NCBI GenBank assembly: GCA_004764695.1
Contig: SMSO01000034.1
Coordinates: 4,712,001 to 4,776,000 of the forward strand
From: Schizochytrium sp. TIO01
Lineage: Eukaryota; Protista; Bigyra: Labyrinthulomycetes
Length of the DNA: 64,000 nucleotides
Direction of reading: 5' to 3'
Positions 22,720 to 34,631 of this stretch are shown piece after piece. Within the stretch, counting starts at the first letter, position 1. Each line of letters opens with the position of its first letter. The translations under genes were made by a program, and so were the position numbers. Below the pieces are notes generated by a model. That model did no database searches and was not told where the DNA came from. It saw only the letters and a list, made by a program, of their open reading frames with translations.

Positions 22720-24078
22720 ATGGGCTGCGCGAGCTCGCAAGAGGCCAAGAAGCCTGCCAAGGCAACCGCCAACACCGCAGCGGCAACACAGGCTGCACAG
22801 GCACTCCCTCAGGTCTCGCAGGCCTTGGGAGCGGCGCCAGCAGCCTCCGGAACGCCCTCCGTACCGCCCACCGCTAACGAGGCCGTCGCCGCTGCTCAAG
22901 CTGCACAGAACGCTGTTGAGAACATCAACAAAGACGACATCAAGAGCGATATCGAAAACGCTGCCAACGAGGTCAAGACTAAGGTTGAGGCTGAAATTAA
23001 AAACGAGATCGAGAATGGCGCCAAAGCCGACGCTGTCAAGAGCGAGGAAGGCCCTGCTGAGACTGCAGATGCAAACGTCGCAACTCCCATTGCCGCTCCG
23101 ATGGCAGCTCCTGTGGCAGTAAAAGATGACGACGAGAAAACCATCACGAACGAAGACGAGGACGAGGATGAAGAAGGTGCGTCTGGCGCAGCAGCAGCAG
23201 CAGCAGTAGCTGCCGCCCCCGTCGCTGTTGCCGCAGCTGCTGAAGGTGCTCAGGACCAGGCAGTCGAGGCCATGGACGCCAAGGTTGTCACGGAATCTGA
23301 CGATAAGGCTGCTGCAGAGGATGATAAGCCCGAAGAAAATGGCCAAGAGGACAAGGAGGCCACGGAGGCCGGTGAGAGTGCTTCAGAGAAGGAAGAAACC
23401 TCTAAGGCTGTTGATGCACAGCCAGCCGCCGCCGCGGGGGCGGCAGCTGCTGCTGCTGTTGCTGCGGCCACTTCGGGGGCACTTGCCGCGGATGCTAAGA
23501 TCGCTGTTGCCGAAGTGACTGAGGAGACTGCAGAGTCGGCCCGTGAAGTCGAGACTATTGCAGAGCCTGTCAAGACAGCTGCCAATGGAAGCCTCGAAGC
23601 TGCTGTGTCCGCAAAGACTCTGGAGTCTGTTCCTTCTGCAGAGGCGTTTGCAGACACTGCCAAAACTGCTCAAGATGTAGATGCCGCCTTGATGGAGCCC
23701 GTTGCTGGCGCTAAGGCTACGCTCACTTCGAGTTTGGACTCTGCGGCTGAGGCAGTGAATGATGCCAAAGAAGATGCCAAGAATGGCCTGGCTGAGGCCA
23801 AAAATGGCTTGGCAGAAGAGGCGAAGAGCGCTGTAGATGAGGCCAAGGAAATCAGCGAGCTGGAGAAGAAGCGCAGCACTGGATCCGTGCGTGCACTTCC
23901 TCAGGAGATCTGCTGTGAGCCATCTTGTGAAAACCCTGCCAAAAAGGTTTGTGCCCAGTGCTTGCAGCAGTCATACTGCAGCAGGGAGTGCCAGGTGAAG
24001 CACTGGAAGGGCGGCCACAAGCAAGTTTGCAAGCAGATGGCCGCTGCTGCCGCTGCCGAGACCGCGACTAACGCGTAA
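22720..24078 (+). CDS. N-acylated Ala/Glu-rich protein with C-terminal MYND zinc finger
   Basis: MGCASS myristoylation/palmitoylation start; long low-complexity acidic region; CCEPSC...CAQCLQQSYCSRECQVKHWKGGHKQVC. Confidence 0.88.
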   Translation: MGCASSQEAKKPAKATANTAAATQAAQALPQVSQALGAAPAASGTPSVPPTANEAVAAAQAAQNAVENINKDDIKSDIENAANEVKTKVEAEIKNEIENGAKADAVKSEEGPAETADANVATPIAAPMAAPVAVKDDDEKTITNEDEDEDEEGASGAAAAAAVAAAPVAVAAAAEGAQDQAVEAMDAKVVTESDDKAAAEDDKPEENGQEDKEATEAGESASEKEETSKAVDAQPAAAAGAAAAAAVAAATSGALAADAKIAVAEVTEETAESAREVETIAEPVKTAANGSLEAAVSAKTLESVPSAEAFADTAKTAQDVDAALMEPVAGAKATLTSSLDSAAEAVNDAKEDAKNGLAEAKNGLAEEAKSAVDEAKEISELEKKRSTGSVRALPQEICCEPSCENPAKKVCAQCLQQSYCSRECQVKHWKGGHKQVCKQMAAAAAAETATNA

Positions 24079-25508
24079 GAGACTCTTCTTTAACAATTCT
24101 TAGAACAACACTTTATTGCGTGCACACGAGTGACGAATGGCTTCGATGGTTCGAACGATCAGATTGATGGTACAGGTATACTACTTCCTCGTCAACTTCT
24201 TCATCATCCACTACACCATTTCATTGCTCAACCTTCCTTAGCATTCTAGTTTTTGCAAGAGTGTTTGAGCAATAGAGGCGAAGTACCCGTTTTGGTGTCT
24301 TATTCTTCTTCGCTTACTTGCTCGGCATTCTTAGCGGTCAACCATCTCATGCCCATGGCTTTGTCGGAGCCACCATACATGGCAGAGGTAGCAGTAGCGA
24401 GAGCGAAAGCTTTTTCTCATCTTGGTTTCTCTGTTCACTGTTTCCTCGACCACTATCACAATTTACATCTTCATCCTCTTTGGTGAAGACGAACCTATCA
24501 CTCGACCTTATCACGATTCCCTTGCACGAACACCTGCAATCATCCGGTCTTGATTGTGCGACCCGAAGCTTCGTCTCATTTCGGGTCACGCGCTTAATGT
24601 TCACAGCTATTCGAGCCCAGCCCAGCCCGCCGACTCCCCTTATTTCCTCTTTTCCTATAATTTTTCTATACTTCAGTAAATCAACTTTTGAGCTTTGTCT
24701 GATGCGCTAGATGCTGTTGATTGGCTTTTTCCTTCAGTGAGTATATGTGAATGCATTGATTGCAAGTTGATTCAATTCGACCAACTTTTTTCGCTGAACT
24801 TTCTCCCAAAAATGCTCCCTACAACCTAAAAGATGGTAGATCGGACCTAGATAGCATACATGCGTTAAAGCTGACTTCCTAGAGACTATTTTGAGAGCTT
24901 CAGATGATGATCAAAGAATAATTGTTCACAACTACAGCAAGGAAAAGTAGTAAGAAGAGTTAAATCATATTGGCAGCGAGGGCGGTATGGAACATTTAAA
25001 AAGAAGATAATAGAAGCCACAAATGGAACGAAGATCTCTATTACTAAATCTACAAGATGATAGATCGTTCCTTTCCTACAATCTTGGTTGATGTCATTAA
25101 AGAAATGAAGGGTTACAAGCAACCCTTGGGTGATCGAACAAGGAGAAAAGAATTAAATTCACCTTCTAGAACGAAAAGGAGAGCATGGCGATGAGCACAA
25201 CTGAATATTAGGAAATGCCCAGGTTCATGTTTTCGGATTCCTTTAAGTTGAAAAAGAGAGCCTACCATGCCAAAGAAGGGTATGAACATTGATATCCGTG
25301 ATCCCTCCTGTAATTTTAGCAGCACACACAGTGTGTTATGCAGGTGTCTGTTCAATTTAAAGAATTGTTCGAGGAGTATTTCCCAAAGCCTCTTTCTTCA
25401 AGAAACCTAAGTAGCTCAGGCTAGAAGTTTGTTTATTGAAAACCGAAGTCGATTCAAGAGTAGGGAGGGAAAAGGGGGGGAGGTTACCAAAACAAAAGTT
25501 TCTCTTTT

Positions 25509-26321
25509 TTAAGAAGAAAGGTTGAGGAAGGCGAAGATGAAAAAGGTGAAGCTGCCAGCAAAGGCAACGGTACGCTGGCTAATCTGGGTAGCAATAAGAC
25601 GGCCTCCGAAGACAGCAATGGCTGTGCAGATACTGTGGCCAACCATTGCTCCGATAGTGACACCAATCGGATCGTTGTGAGCAGAAAGAGTAATGGTGGC
25701 AATCTGACTGCGGTCACCCCACTCAGCCAAAAAGGTCAGAATGAATGCTTCAATGAACACAGGGGTCAAGATCTTGCCAAGGGCAGCACGCCAGCCAGAC
25801 TTGCTCTTGTTGGAGCGGAGGGCCTTCTCCACCTCCTCGATCTCCTCATCGGCATCGTCGTGGTTAGCGTGGTAGCCAATCCACAAAAGACGGAAACCAA
25901 AGAAGAAGTACATAAAGGTGGCGATCTTGTGGGTGAGTGCCGGGCTGATGAGCTTGGGCATCACAAAGCCCATGGCGGCAGACAGAACAGTCATCACATA
26001 CAGGGCGCCAAGAGCACCAGCAAGGATCACAGCACGCGGGTGACGCATGGCCATGATAGCCGCAATGATAAAGGTCTCATCACCAAGCTCAGAAACAATA
26101 ATCATCGCAAAAGAGCGGATAGTGGCCTCGGTGAAGGTTCCGTACGGCTCATCACTTTCGGAACCAACCTGTTGTGTTAAGCCCTCGACGAGCATACCAC
26201 GGAGGTTGCTCTTGCGATTTAAGGTGTCACTAACCTCATCCGAGACGTCAGCAGCACTTGCGAACTGGACGAAGGCAAAAAGGGCCACCAAGAGGACCCA
26301 TCGAAGGCGACAAGACATCAT
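25509..26321 (-). CDS. GDT1/TMEM165 (UPF0016) Golgi Ca2+/Mn2+ transporter
   Basis: Two signature motifs, ELGDETF and EWGDRSQ; N-terminal signal peptide (RWVLLVALFAFVQFASA); acidic central loop. Start taken at ATG 26321. Confidence 0.92.
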   Translation of the reverse strand: MMSCRLRWVLLVALFAFVQFASAADVSDEVSDTLNRKSNLRGMLVEGLTQQVGSESDEPYGTFTEATIRSFAMIIVSELGDETFIIAAIMAMRHPRAVILAGALGALYVMTVLSAAMGFVMPKLISPALTHKIATFMYFFFGFRLLWIGYHANHDDADEEIEEVEKALRSNKSKSGWRAALGKILTPVFIEAFILTFLAEWGDRSQIATITLSAHNDPIGVTIGAMVGHSICTAIAVFGGRLIATQISQRTVAFAGSFTFFIFAFLNLSS

Positions 26322-28676
26322 TGTTCTAAGTTTGATGAACTGTATAACCATAAATCCAAACCCCGTTAAACCATCCACACATTGAATGTTCACCAGCGTG
26401 GGTTAGGCATGTTGCCATATATACACGATTGATCAACGGAAACGTATCAAGGTCCATAACCATCCAGAGATTAAATGTCATGTGTGCCAAGAAACAGTAT
26501 TCCGTAAAGTAGTAAATGCTCACAGAGTATCATTAAGCAATAGATTCCAATGTTAGTCAACTTGGCACATCCTAAGAACCTTTCATAACTTTGCCAAATC
26601 CAGCAATGTTCTTCCTCAAATGGGATCCCACAGCATTGCTGGCGCCTGCAATGATACCAATGGTGAAGCCAACCTCAGGAGAAGGATTTCAATTCTCAAC
26701 ACCACCGTCGCAGTAACGACCGACACCTCTCCGCTTGTAGCTACTACATAATGGGACCTATTTTTGAGATACAGCTTTCTTGCTTTAAGCATCTATCTCT
26801 ATCAAACACCCGATGCGCATAGATCCTCCGAAATGCCCATTGCAATACAGGCTAGCCTCAAGACGGTCAACTGGAAATAAGATGACGCAGAGAGGTGTTC
26901 TACAGACGACAACATGGAGACCGGATGAAACAAAGGCTGGCAGCCTCGTGCCACCTCGACACACCTACCTATAGATACCACTAGGCGAAGATTATCACAA
27001 CACGCGGAGCAGAATGGGTCTGCAGAGCTGGAGCTGGGCGAAGGTTGCAGCGCAGCGACCCGTGCTCCTGCGGTTTTTGCTCAGTGTAGGAGTTAGTGCT
27101 CACGCCACCGTCGTCTCGATAGCGCTTCTTCTTCTGCAGTCCCTTTGCCTAGGCACAAAGGTACCCCCCCAGCTATGCCACACTCATATAGTTACTATAT
27201 CAACTATTCATTATAAACCCCTCTCCTTGTCCGAAAGCGCAACCCTTTTTATAGATGAGCCCCCCCAGCTACTACGGTAGCTTACCCCGAGCACTCACAC
27301 TCAGGCGTACTTACATAATTAATAGGACAGAGCCGATCTGCATACCCCCTAGCTAAAACCTTTCCGCGGCGTGCGCAACTCATTTTGATCCTCAAGAAAT
27401 ATTGAAGAATGCTCTCGTGAACACTCCACTTCTACTTACAATGGTTTGATATGAATGGTTCAGAAATTTATGTTTTTCAAATGTGGAGAACACGTATAAG
27501 TGAGGCTCACATAAACTTTGAAATACAATAATAAATGAGCAAACCTATTCATGATTTTTGTAGGGAGCTACAGTGATAGATTTGCTCTCGCGCACATCTT
27601 ACAAGGTACACTTTTAAAAGTTACTCATGTAATACATATTTTCATGTCCCTGACAAGCACAAACTCGTAAATATTAGTATCTTGCAGAAAATGGGCCGAC
27701 CGCGCGTAAACATTCGAAATTATGCATTTTAGGCACCCAAATGAAGAAGCCTTTGATCTGAGCAATTTCCCATGATTTACGTAGATTATTCAAGTAACGC
27801 ATTGAATATTTATGTTCAAGGAACCAAGTAAACTGGGAGAATGGTCTCAATGCTTATAGCATACGACAGGAGAAATGATCGCAGAAAACCGCATGCCATG
27901 CATAGACAGCAGAACCATCCGTATCTGACATATGCATATCAAAAAATGAAAAGATCTATATTTCTTTAAAATTAATGTAGTGTAGCTAGTATTCTAATCT
28001 GGAAAAAAACAGAAAAAAGACGGATTCTTTTACAATGCCAGGGGGGGTTCCCGGCAACTTACCCGCCTTTGGTCGGAGAATAAAATCTCGTTTTCAACTT
28101 TGTCTTCAAGTCGATTTCTTAGTCTTGCGGTTTAAGTAAGTTAAACAAGGTCAGTAGGGATGCCTGCATTAAATAGTTTGAAAGTTGAACCATGTTTGAC
28201 AACATGAAATGTACGAGCGGCTCTACTCTATCGTTTCTTTGGCTTATGTTTTTGTCGATGAATATTGATTGTCAGAATCGAACTAGAAAGGTATATGAAT
28301 GAGCTTCCTTGCAAGTCTATTTGATTGTGGACATCAATCTCACGTAGGAAAAAAAACACGAATAGTTTGATGAGTCAGCCTGTAAGATCTTGTTGATTAG
28401 ATAGGTAACTAAATTTTAGCGAAGCTCCATATAAAATTTAAATGATTACATGTTGGAGCAAATTAGCCAGGGATTAAGAGGCCATAGCATCAAATTGAAA
28501 TAACAAGGTAAATGAAAGGTTCCCTTGGAAAAATCAGAACAGAACATTGTTCTGAATGTTCTACATATATACTTAAAGTTGTTCTTGCACAGGATCTTCT
28601 TGATTTATCATTTTCATGTGTGTAGCAGAACAAGCTGCAGCAAATTGCATCAGTCGAGAAGGATTTGGGGGAGAGG

Positions 28677-30533
28677 ATGACTTCAGAGCTCGTAGAAAAG
28701 CTCAAGGACGAAGGCCAGGAACACCTATTTGAAGGGTGGACTAACGACGGTCGAAACCCTGATGAAAAGCGCCTCCTCGATCAACTAGAAACTCTTGAGG
28801 CAAACTATCCAGGAGGTCTCACGGCGTATGTGCAACGTGCCAGAGACCTTCTTGGCAAAAGCAAACGTGAGGAAAATCCTTTTGAGGGATACACACCCAA
28901 AGTTCCTGAGTGTGTGACATTTCCTTTTGAGGGCAGCAACCCCGAGCGGGCCGAAGCCGAAAGTTTAGGCAAAGATGCCTTTGCTCGTAGCGCCTGTGTC
29001 CTCGTGGCAGGAGGACTTGGTGAACGGCTTGGTTACTCAGGAATCAAAGTTGAGCTACCAAGTGAAACGACATCTGGCACAAGCTTTCTCGGACTATACT
29101 GTCAATTTATCGCTGCTCTGCAAGACCCTTCATCACCAGTTCCTCTTGCAATCATGACTTCGGACGATACACATGCCCAAACGGAGGCATTGCTTGAGTC
29201 AGAGTCTTACTTTGGTCTTTCCCCCAGTCAAGTTCACCTTATGAAGCAGGAAAAGGTCGCTTGTCTTTCTGATGACACCCCGCATCTTTCACAGGCGAGT
29301 GATGATCCATACACGCTTCTCACCAAGCCCCATGGGCATGGTGACGTGCATCTTTTGCTCCATCAGACTGGTCTTGCTCAAAAATGGCTCGACGAGGACC
29401 GCGAATGGGTAATGTTTTTCCAAGATACGAATCCGCTGTCCTTTCGAACAATGCCGGCAGCTTTGGGCATAAGTGCCATGCGAGACTATCAGGTGAACTC
29501 GGTGGCTATTCCCCGCAAGGCCAAGGCTGCAGCTGGTGCTCTAATGAGACTTTGCCATGAAGATGGTCATGAGATCACCATTAATGTTGAATACAACTAT
29601 ATCGACAGTTTGTTGCGTGCTACAGTTAGCCCAGATGAGGGTGACGTAAATGGGTCCGATGGATACTCTGCTTTCCCAGGCAACATGAATCAGTTGATTT
29701 TTGCTCTGGAACCGTATGTAAGTACTTTGAACAAAACAGGAGGAGCGATTCCAGAGTTTGTGAATCCCAAGTATGCAGATGATTCTCGTACCACATTTAA
29801 GTCCCCGACTCGCCTAGAATGCATGATGCAAGACTATCCATTGACACTTCGGGACCTGGGTGAGCCCCCTGCCCCTGGTTCAATTGGCGTGACTGTATTT
29901 CAAGATGCTGGCGATCTCGAGAATGATTATATCTCCGGTCCACCTAGTTTGACGCATCGCTTGTATGCACCAGCAAAGAATAACCTTAAAGAGGCAGCGT
30001 CTAAGGCTACGAAGGGAATTCCAGACGCCAGCTGCACCTCTACTGAGCTCGCCATATACGCCTGCAATGCTCTTATGCTTCGAGACATTGGTTGTAAAGT
30101 CGAGCCGCCCCTTTCTTCTACATATGGTGGCTTTGAGCAACCTGAATGGGCGCATATTGTGCTTATGCCAAGCTTTTGTCCTCTGTACTCACAGTTAAGG
30201 TCGCGCTTCTCGCAACCCGAACAGATAAGCATATCAGCACAATCGACTCTTGTGATTGGTGGTGATGTTCAATTTGATGGCAATGTTGAGCTAGATGGAA
30301 CTCTGGTTATCCTTGCTGAACCTGGTGTACAAGTTTTGATTGGCTCTGTGAAAGTGAAAAATGCATACTCGAAATTTGTCTCTGTTGACCCAGATGATGA
30401 CAACGAACCTGAGGTGTATCGCATTCGAGGATTCCGCTTGTCTTCACCGGTCCTTTTTGATAGTGATGGCGAACAGGACTACATTTTCCGTTATACAGAA
30501 CCTGGCCAGCATAAGGTCGATATCGTTATTTAG
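28677..30533 (+). CDS. USP: UDP-sugar pyrophosphorylase (UTP-monosaccharide-1-phosphate uridylyltransferase)
   Basis: VLVAGGLGERLGYSGIK, AIMTSDDTH, KQEKVACL, TKPHGHGDVH, FFQDTN, INVEYN, EFVNPKY, FKSPTRLECMMQDYP. Confidence 0.93.
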   Translation: MTSELVEKLKDEGQEHLFEGWTNDGRNPDEKRLLDQLETLEANYPGGLTAYVQRARDLLGKSKREENPFEGYTPKVPECVTFPFEGSNPERAEAESLGKDAFARSACVLVAGGLGERLGYSGIKVELPSETTSGTSFLGLYCQFIAALQDPSSPVPLAIMTSDDTHAQTEALLESESYFGLSPSQVHLMKQEKVACLSDDTPHLSQASDDPYTLLTKPHGHGDVHLLLHQTGLAQKWLDEDREWVMFFQDTNPLSFRTMPAALGISAMRDYQVNSVAIPRKAKAAAGALMRLCHEDGHEITINVEYNYIDSLLRATVSPDEGDVNGSDGYSAFPGNMNQLIFALEPYVSTLNKTGGAIPEFVNPKYADDSRTTFKSPTRLECMMQDYPLTLRDLGEPPAPGSIGVTVFQDAGDLENDYISGPPSLTHRLYAPAKNNLKEAASKATKGIPDASCTSTELAIYACNALMLRDIGCKVEPPLSSTYGGFEQPEWAHIVLMPSFCPLYSQLRSRFSQPEQISISAQSTLVIGGDVQFDGNVELDGTLVILAEPGVQVLIGSVKVKNAYSKFVSVDPDDDNEPEVYRIRGFRLSSPVLFDSDGEQDYIFRYTEPGQHKVDIVI

Positions 30534-31041
30534 TTTTTCTCTTTGCCAACTAAATGTTGTTTGAATCTAAAAAACCAAATCAAATATTCAAATATTGTTT
30601 CCTTTGAAAGAAATAGAGCATCACTCCTTCTGTCAAATAGAATTTTCTCGCAGCTTATTTTGCTTATTTAAAAAAAGAAAATCAAAAAATTCTAGACAAC
30701 TGAGACAAGGTTATGCCTCCAGCGAACGTTATTGCAAACCAAAGGCAGGGAAAACTAGATGCGGATGAAGGAAAGAACAGCAAACTGACGGAAAAACTCA
30801 TGTGAAAGATCATGTGTATGTTTATATAGTAAATCAGACAAAATGCAAAGCAATAGAGTGTAAAACCAAACGGGAGCCATCATCAATATGCAAGACACCT
30901 TTTCCATCATTATCATCAGTTCACTCAGCAGCGGTAGCGGCAGGACCAGTTTCATGATTGTATGTAATTGACACGAGTGCTGCTGCAAATTCTAAAGTCC
31001 TATCACCATGAGGGGGTTGTAGGGACGATGGTGGGATTATA

Positions 31042-33639
31042 TTAAGTAGGTTTGCCAACCTTGAGGAACTGGTTTCGGTAATGCAGGAGTGGTGTATCGC
31101 CATGGAAGCAGGATGTCCAGCCCCGATCGCTTTGCTTGTTTTTGTAGATTTTGCGCTTGCAGTACAGCGCAAAGCTCGGCGGTGAGATGAAAACGTTATT
31201 TTCGAACTCAATGAGACCATCATTATTGATCACGCCCTCAAAGCGATGTTTGTTAAGGTAGGGCACGCTGATTGTATCCCCAGGTTTTAAATATCCATGT
31301 TCTACAAGATCCACAATAGTCGTCTGGTGAGGGTTGCGTTTCAAAGCGAGCTCGTTCTTGAACTCATACTTGCGGCGTTTGGGAGACCGCGGCTTGGGAC
31401 CTTGTCCCGACGCTGATGCGAGAGCCGAGGAGCTGCTGAGATTGCTAGAAATGCTTGATCTCCTTTTCCCTGTCCGTGGCTGCACTGTAGACGCCTGAGC
31501 TGCCGCTTCAACAGCATTGGCAGCGGCGGTAGCAGCAGCAACAGGATCATTAGTTGCACCTGTACCCGGAATTGTCTGGTTGAAATAGTTCATATGATGA
31601 ACTCCGGATCCGAAGTCTGGCGCGCCAAAAGTTTCGCTATAAGCGTTTGGGAGCAGGTGTGTCAAGGAGCGGCGCGACCCCTTGGACCGTGACTGCTGGT
31701 GGACCTTCTCCAAGTGTTTGATGGTTGGTGCAATGCACGCGTGGCAAAACCACGGTTCGGGAAGTGGCACGTGCTCACCACCCTCGAAGGAAACGCAGCG
31801 GCGGTGAAACCACTTGCTGCAGCAGCTAAAATCACATCCTACAGCGTCGGGAAAATCCTTCTCTTCAATGGTTTTGGCGCAGACAGAGCATATGGTTACA
31901 GAGCCTTCGCTGCCGGCATCTTCAGTCTTGGTATGATTTCCATCGGACAATTCTGTTTCACTGCTATTGCGAGATTCTGCATTGATAGCTTGTGCGGCAG
32001 CTGCTGCGCGGCGTCTCCTCCTGGTTTGACCTAGTGTAGACTCATTTGCAGCAGCAACATCATCAGAAGCTGCCATGGCTGCTGCTACTGCTAATGCGTC
32101 ACCCTTGTTTTGATTTGCAGTCACCATAGTCAATGTACTGCGGGGTGTGAGCACTGCCCTTCGTGGTGTCAGCAGGACCCTGCCGGACTTGAACTGCGCT
32201 AAGCTAGAGAGCAGCTCAAGAGTAGCACGTTCGCTCGCGTCAATGTCGAGCTCTTCGAGGATAGGAGCGTCCTCATCACTTGATGTTGAGCCTTGATCAC
32301 CATGCGCAAGGGCCATGAGGTTTCTTGATGCATTCTTTGTTGCAACAGCCCCATGAATGTCGTTTGATACAACCCCAGCCGCTTCTTCTGCAGCTATTTG
32401 CGCTGCTGATCGTTGACGACTTCGTGTGCGTGTTGTGGCTCCTGATGTGCGAGTTTCGCGATTGCCTGCGCCTAGGGCATTTTCTTGGTTTGTCGACGAA
32501 GTCGTGGCAGAGTTTCCTAGGCTTCCGTTGGAGCCTGCGGTGCGGAAGCCGTCCGCCACAAGCTTCCTAACGAGCGGGGACTTTCCTGAAATACCAACCT
32601 GAAGATGACTTCCACTTTTAAGGATAGTGTCTGACACAGATCTGTACTCTGCTGCAAGTTTGCTTGCTGCGATAGCTGAGATGGATGATGCTGCCGCGAG
32701 AATTTGGTGTTTATCGCGAGCCTTTGCTAAGAGTTTGCTAGCATGACCCTTGTTTCTAGGCGAGAACAGTCCGCATAGGCTCCTTTCCATAAGTTTCTTG
32801 AGATCTCCAGGGTCCTGCATCTTTTGCACGGCCTCCACACCCACGCGGAACCTATCCCAGACCGCAAAGAATGCCCTTTCAGCTTCGTTCGAGCCCTGTG
32901 CGTTTCTGGCGCCGTTTTTGCCTTTGTTAGTTGCAATACCTTTTCCATTTGCTCCCACAAAACCCTGCAGTTCACGGCTGGCGCTGTCACTAATTTCGCT
33001 GGTCGCATAAACAGCTGTAGTGTTGCTCTTGTTGTTATTGACTTCTTTCTGATCGTTGCTGATATCTTTGTTGCCCTCATTACTGTTAGAAAGATTATCT
33101 GCGCCAAAGACCTGGCACCTGGCTGCGTCCACGAGGGCTACGAGGCGCGTCCACTCTGCCCTAGACGCTGCATCCTGACGCATGGCAAAGTATTCGGGTC
33201 CTTTAGACGAGAACTCGCGCCGCAGTTGTTCTAGTGGAGCAGAGCCATCACCGTTCCTCTTCCACCTCGCAATGCAGCCCAAGATCTCGATATAAACTTC
33301 GAAGAGGTTTACCTCCGCAACGGGGTCACCCAAAGCGAGCCCCGCGAAGTTAGAAACGCGAGCCTGCTCCTCTGGTGAGAGTCCAAGACCCATAGTGCTC
33401 TGTGCTGCTGTGGAGGTGGAGTTGAGCACCGTTGATGCCGATGCCGGCGCCAACAAGGCATCCGAGGCAGGGGCTGCCAGAGGACCACCCACCGGCAGCG
33501 AGAGAGGTGCTGGGCGTTTGAGAGCTAGTGGAGATCGCGGAGCCACAATCGTGCTTCCAACAGGGCCCGCGGCGCGAGGCCTTCGTGAACGTGCAGAGAC
33601 AGAGGTGGCCTCCATGGCCATGCCCGATGCGAGTTGCAT
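31042..33639 (-). CDS. Chromatin protein with PHD finger and C-terminal RAMA domain
   Basis: C4HC3 PHD (CSVC...GCDFSCCSKWFHRRC...WFCHAC, ~31735-31890); basic NLS (PRSPKRRK); C-terminal TIVDLVEHGYLKPG...F.G....DGLI....F.SPPSFA..CK.......GW.S (~31060-31323), matching the RAMA domain of MPND. Confidence 0.82.
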   Translation of the reverse strand: MQLASGMAMEATSVSARSRRPRAAGPVGSTIVAPRSPLALKRPAPLSLPVGGPLAAPASDALLAPASASTVLNSTSTAAQSTMGLGLSPEEQARVSNFAGLALGDPVAEVNLFEVYIEILGCIARWKRNGDGSAPLEQLRREFSSKGPEYFAMRQDAASRAEWTRLVALVDAARCQVFGADNLSNSNEGNKDISNDQKEVNNNKSNTTAVYATSEISDSASRELQGFVGANGKGIATNKGKNGARNAQGSNEAERAFFAVWDRFRVGVEAVQKMQDPGDLKKLMERSLCGLFSPRNKGHASKLLAKARDKHQILAAASSISAIAASKLAAEYRSVSDTILKSGSHLQVGISGKSPLVRKLVADGFRTAGSNGSLGNSATTSSTNQENALGAGNRETRTSGATTRTRSRQRSAAQIAAEEAAGVVSNDIHGAVATKNASRNLMALAHGDQGSTSSDEDAPILEELDIDASERATLELLSSLAQFKSGRVLLTPRRAVLTPRSTLTMVTANQNKGDALAVAAAMAASDDVAAANESTLGQTRRRRRAAAAAQAINAESRNSSETELSDGNHTKTEDAGSEGSVTICSVCAKTIEEKDFPDAVGCDFSCCSKWFHRRCVSFEGGEHVPLPEPWFCHACIAPTIKHLEKVHQQSRSKGSRRSLTHLLPNAYSETFGAPDFGSGVHHMNYFNQTIPGTGATNDPVAAATAAANAVEAAAQASTVQPRTGKRRSSISSNLSSSSALASASGQGPKPRSPKRRKYEFKNELALKRNPHQTTIVDLVEHGYLKPGDTISVPYLNKHRFEGVINNDGLIEFENNVFISPPSFALYCKRKIYKNKQSDRGWTSCFHGDTPLLHYRNQFLKVGKPT

Positions 33640-34548
33640 GCGAAGGTTTGAAAGTGAGCTTGCAAACTACTCCGGCCGTTTTGAGCACCGTGGCTAAGCA
33701 CACGGTGTTGAGGAGTCCAGCTCTGATCAGAGTTGGCCCTCAGTCAGTTGGATATCCTTCACGACGGGTGGCGGATAGATGAAAGAATGGATGAGGATGG
33801 ACGAATGAGATGGATGGGGATGGGTCGATGAGAGGGGATGGAGACAGCACAAGAGACGGTGAGAGACGCAGAGAGCCTGGAAAGAACAGAAAGAGAAGAT
33901 CGAGTAGAAATCAGGAGACAGACACACTTAGGGGGCTGCGGTCGAGGAGGCAGAGCTGACCCAGCCTCTCGCAACGCGCCAGACCTGAGTTAAGTTGGTT
34001 TTTGAAAACTTCGTTTTTAAATCTCAACAAACTGATCAAAGGAATGATAATTCATCAAATTAGAATTCAAAAGAAAAACAAAACAAAAAAACTTTTCTTT
34101 AGGAAAATAAGAGAAACTAGTAGAATGAAAGAATTTTCATTTCTTATAACTCTATTTTAAAAAAGAAAGAGAGATGGCCAGAGCTATACACTACTACCAG
34201 CTCACTAGGAGCTCCAGGGTGCGGTGTATTATTTCATTTTAGGACACCGTATTTTAACCAGCATTGCTATCGTTTGGGATAGATGTGGTGGGTAGGGGGG
34301 GGCTGTTAGCGGAGGTAATGTTTGTTTATATTATTTAAAATCTGAAAATAAAAAATAGAAGTAAGAGAGGAGAGAACTGCCCTTTCTGTTGTATATAAGA
34401 CTATAATCCTTTTCTTCTTCTTCTTTCTTTCTGTGACTGTTTAGAAAAGCAAAGAGGGAATTAGAAACACTATGAGGGTGAACGAGCAACTTGAAGACCT
34501 ATATATAATTAATAAAGACATACCTATATAGCAAGTTGATGAGAAAAC

Positions 34549-34550
<2 letters not shown>

Positions 34551-34630
<80 letters not shown>
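34551..34630. repeat. (GAAA)20 microsatellite
   Basis: Read directly from the sequence. Confidence 0.97.
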
Positions 34631-34631
<1 letters not shown>

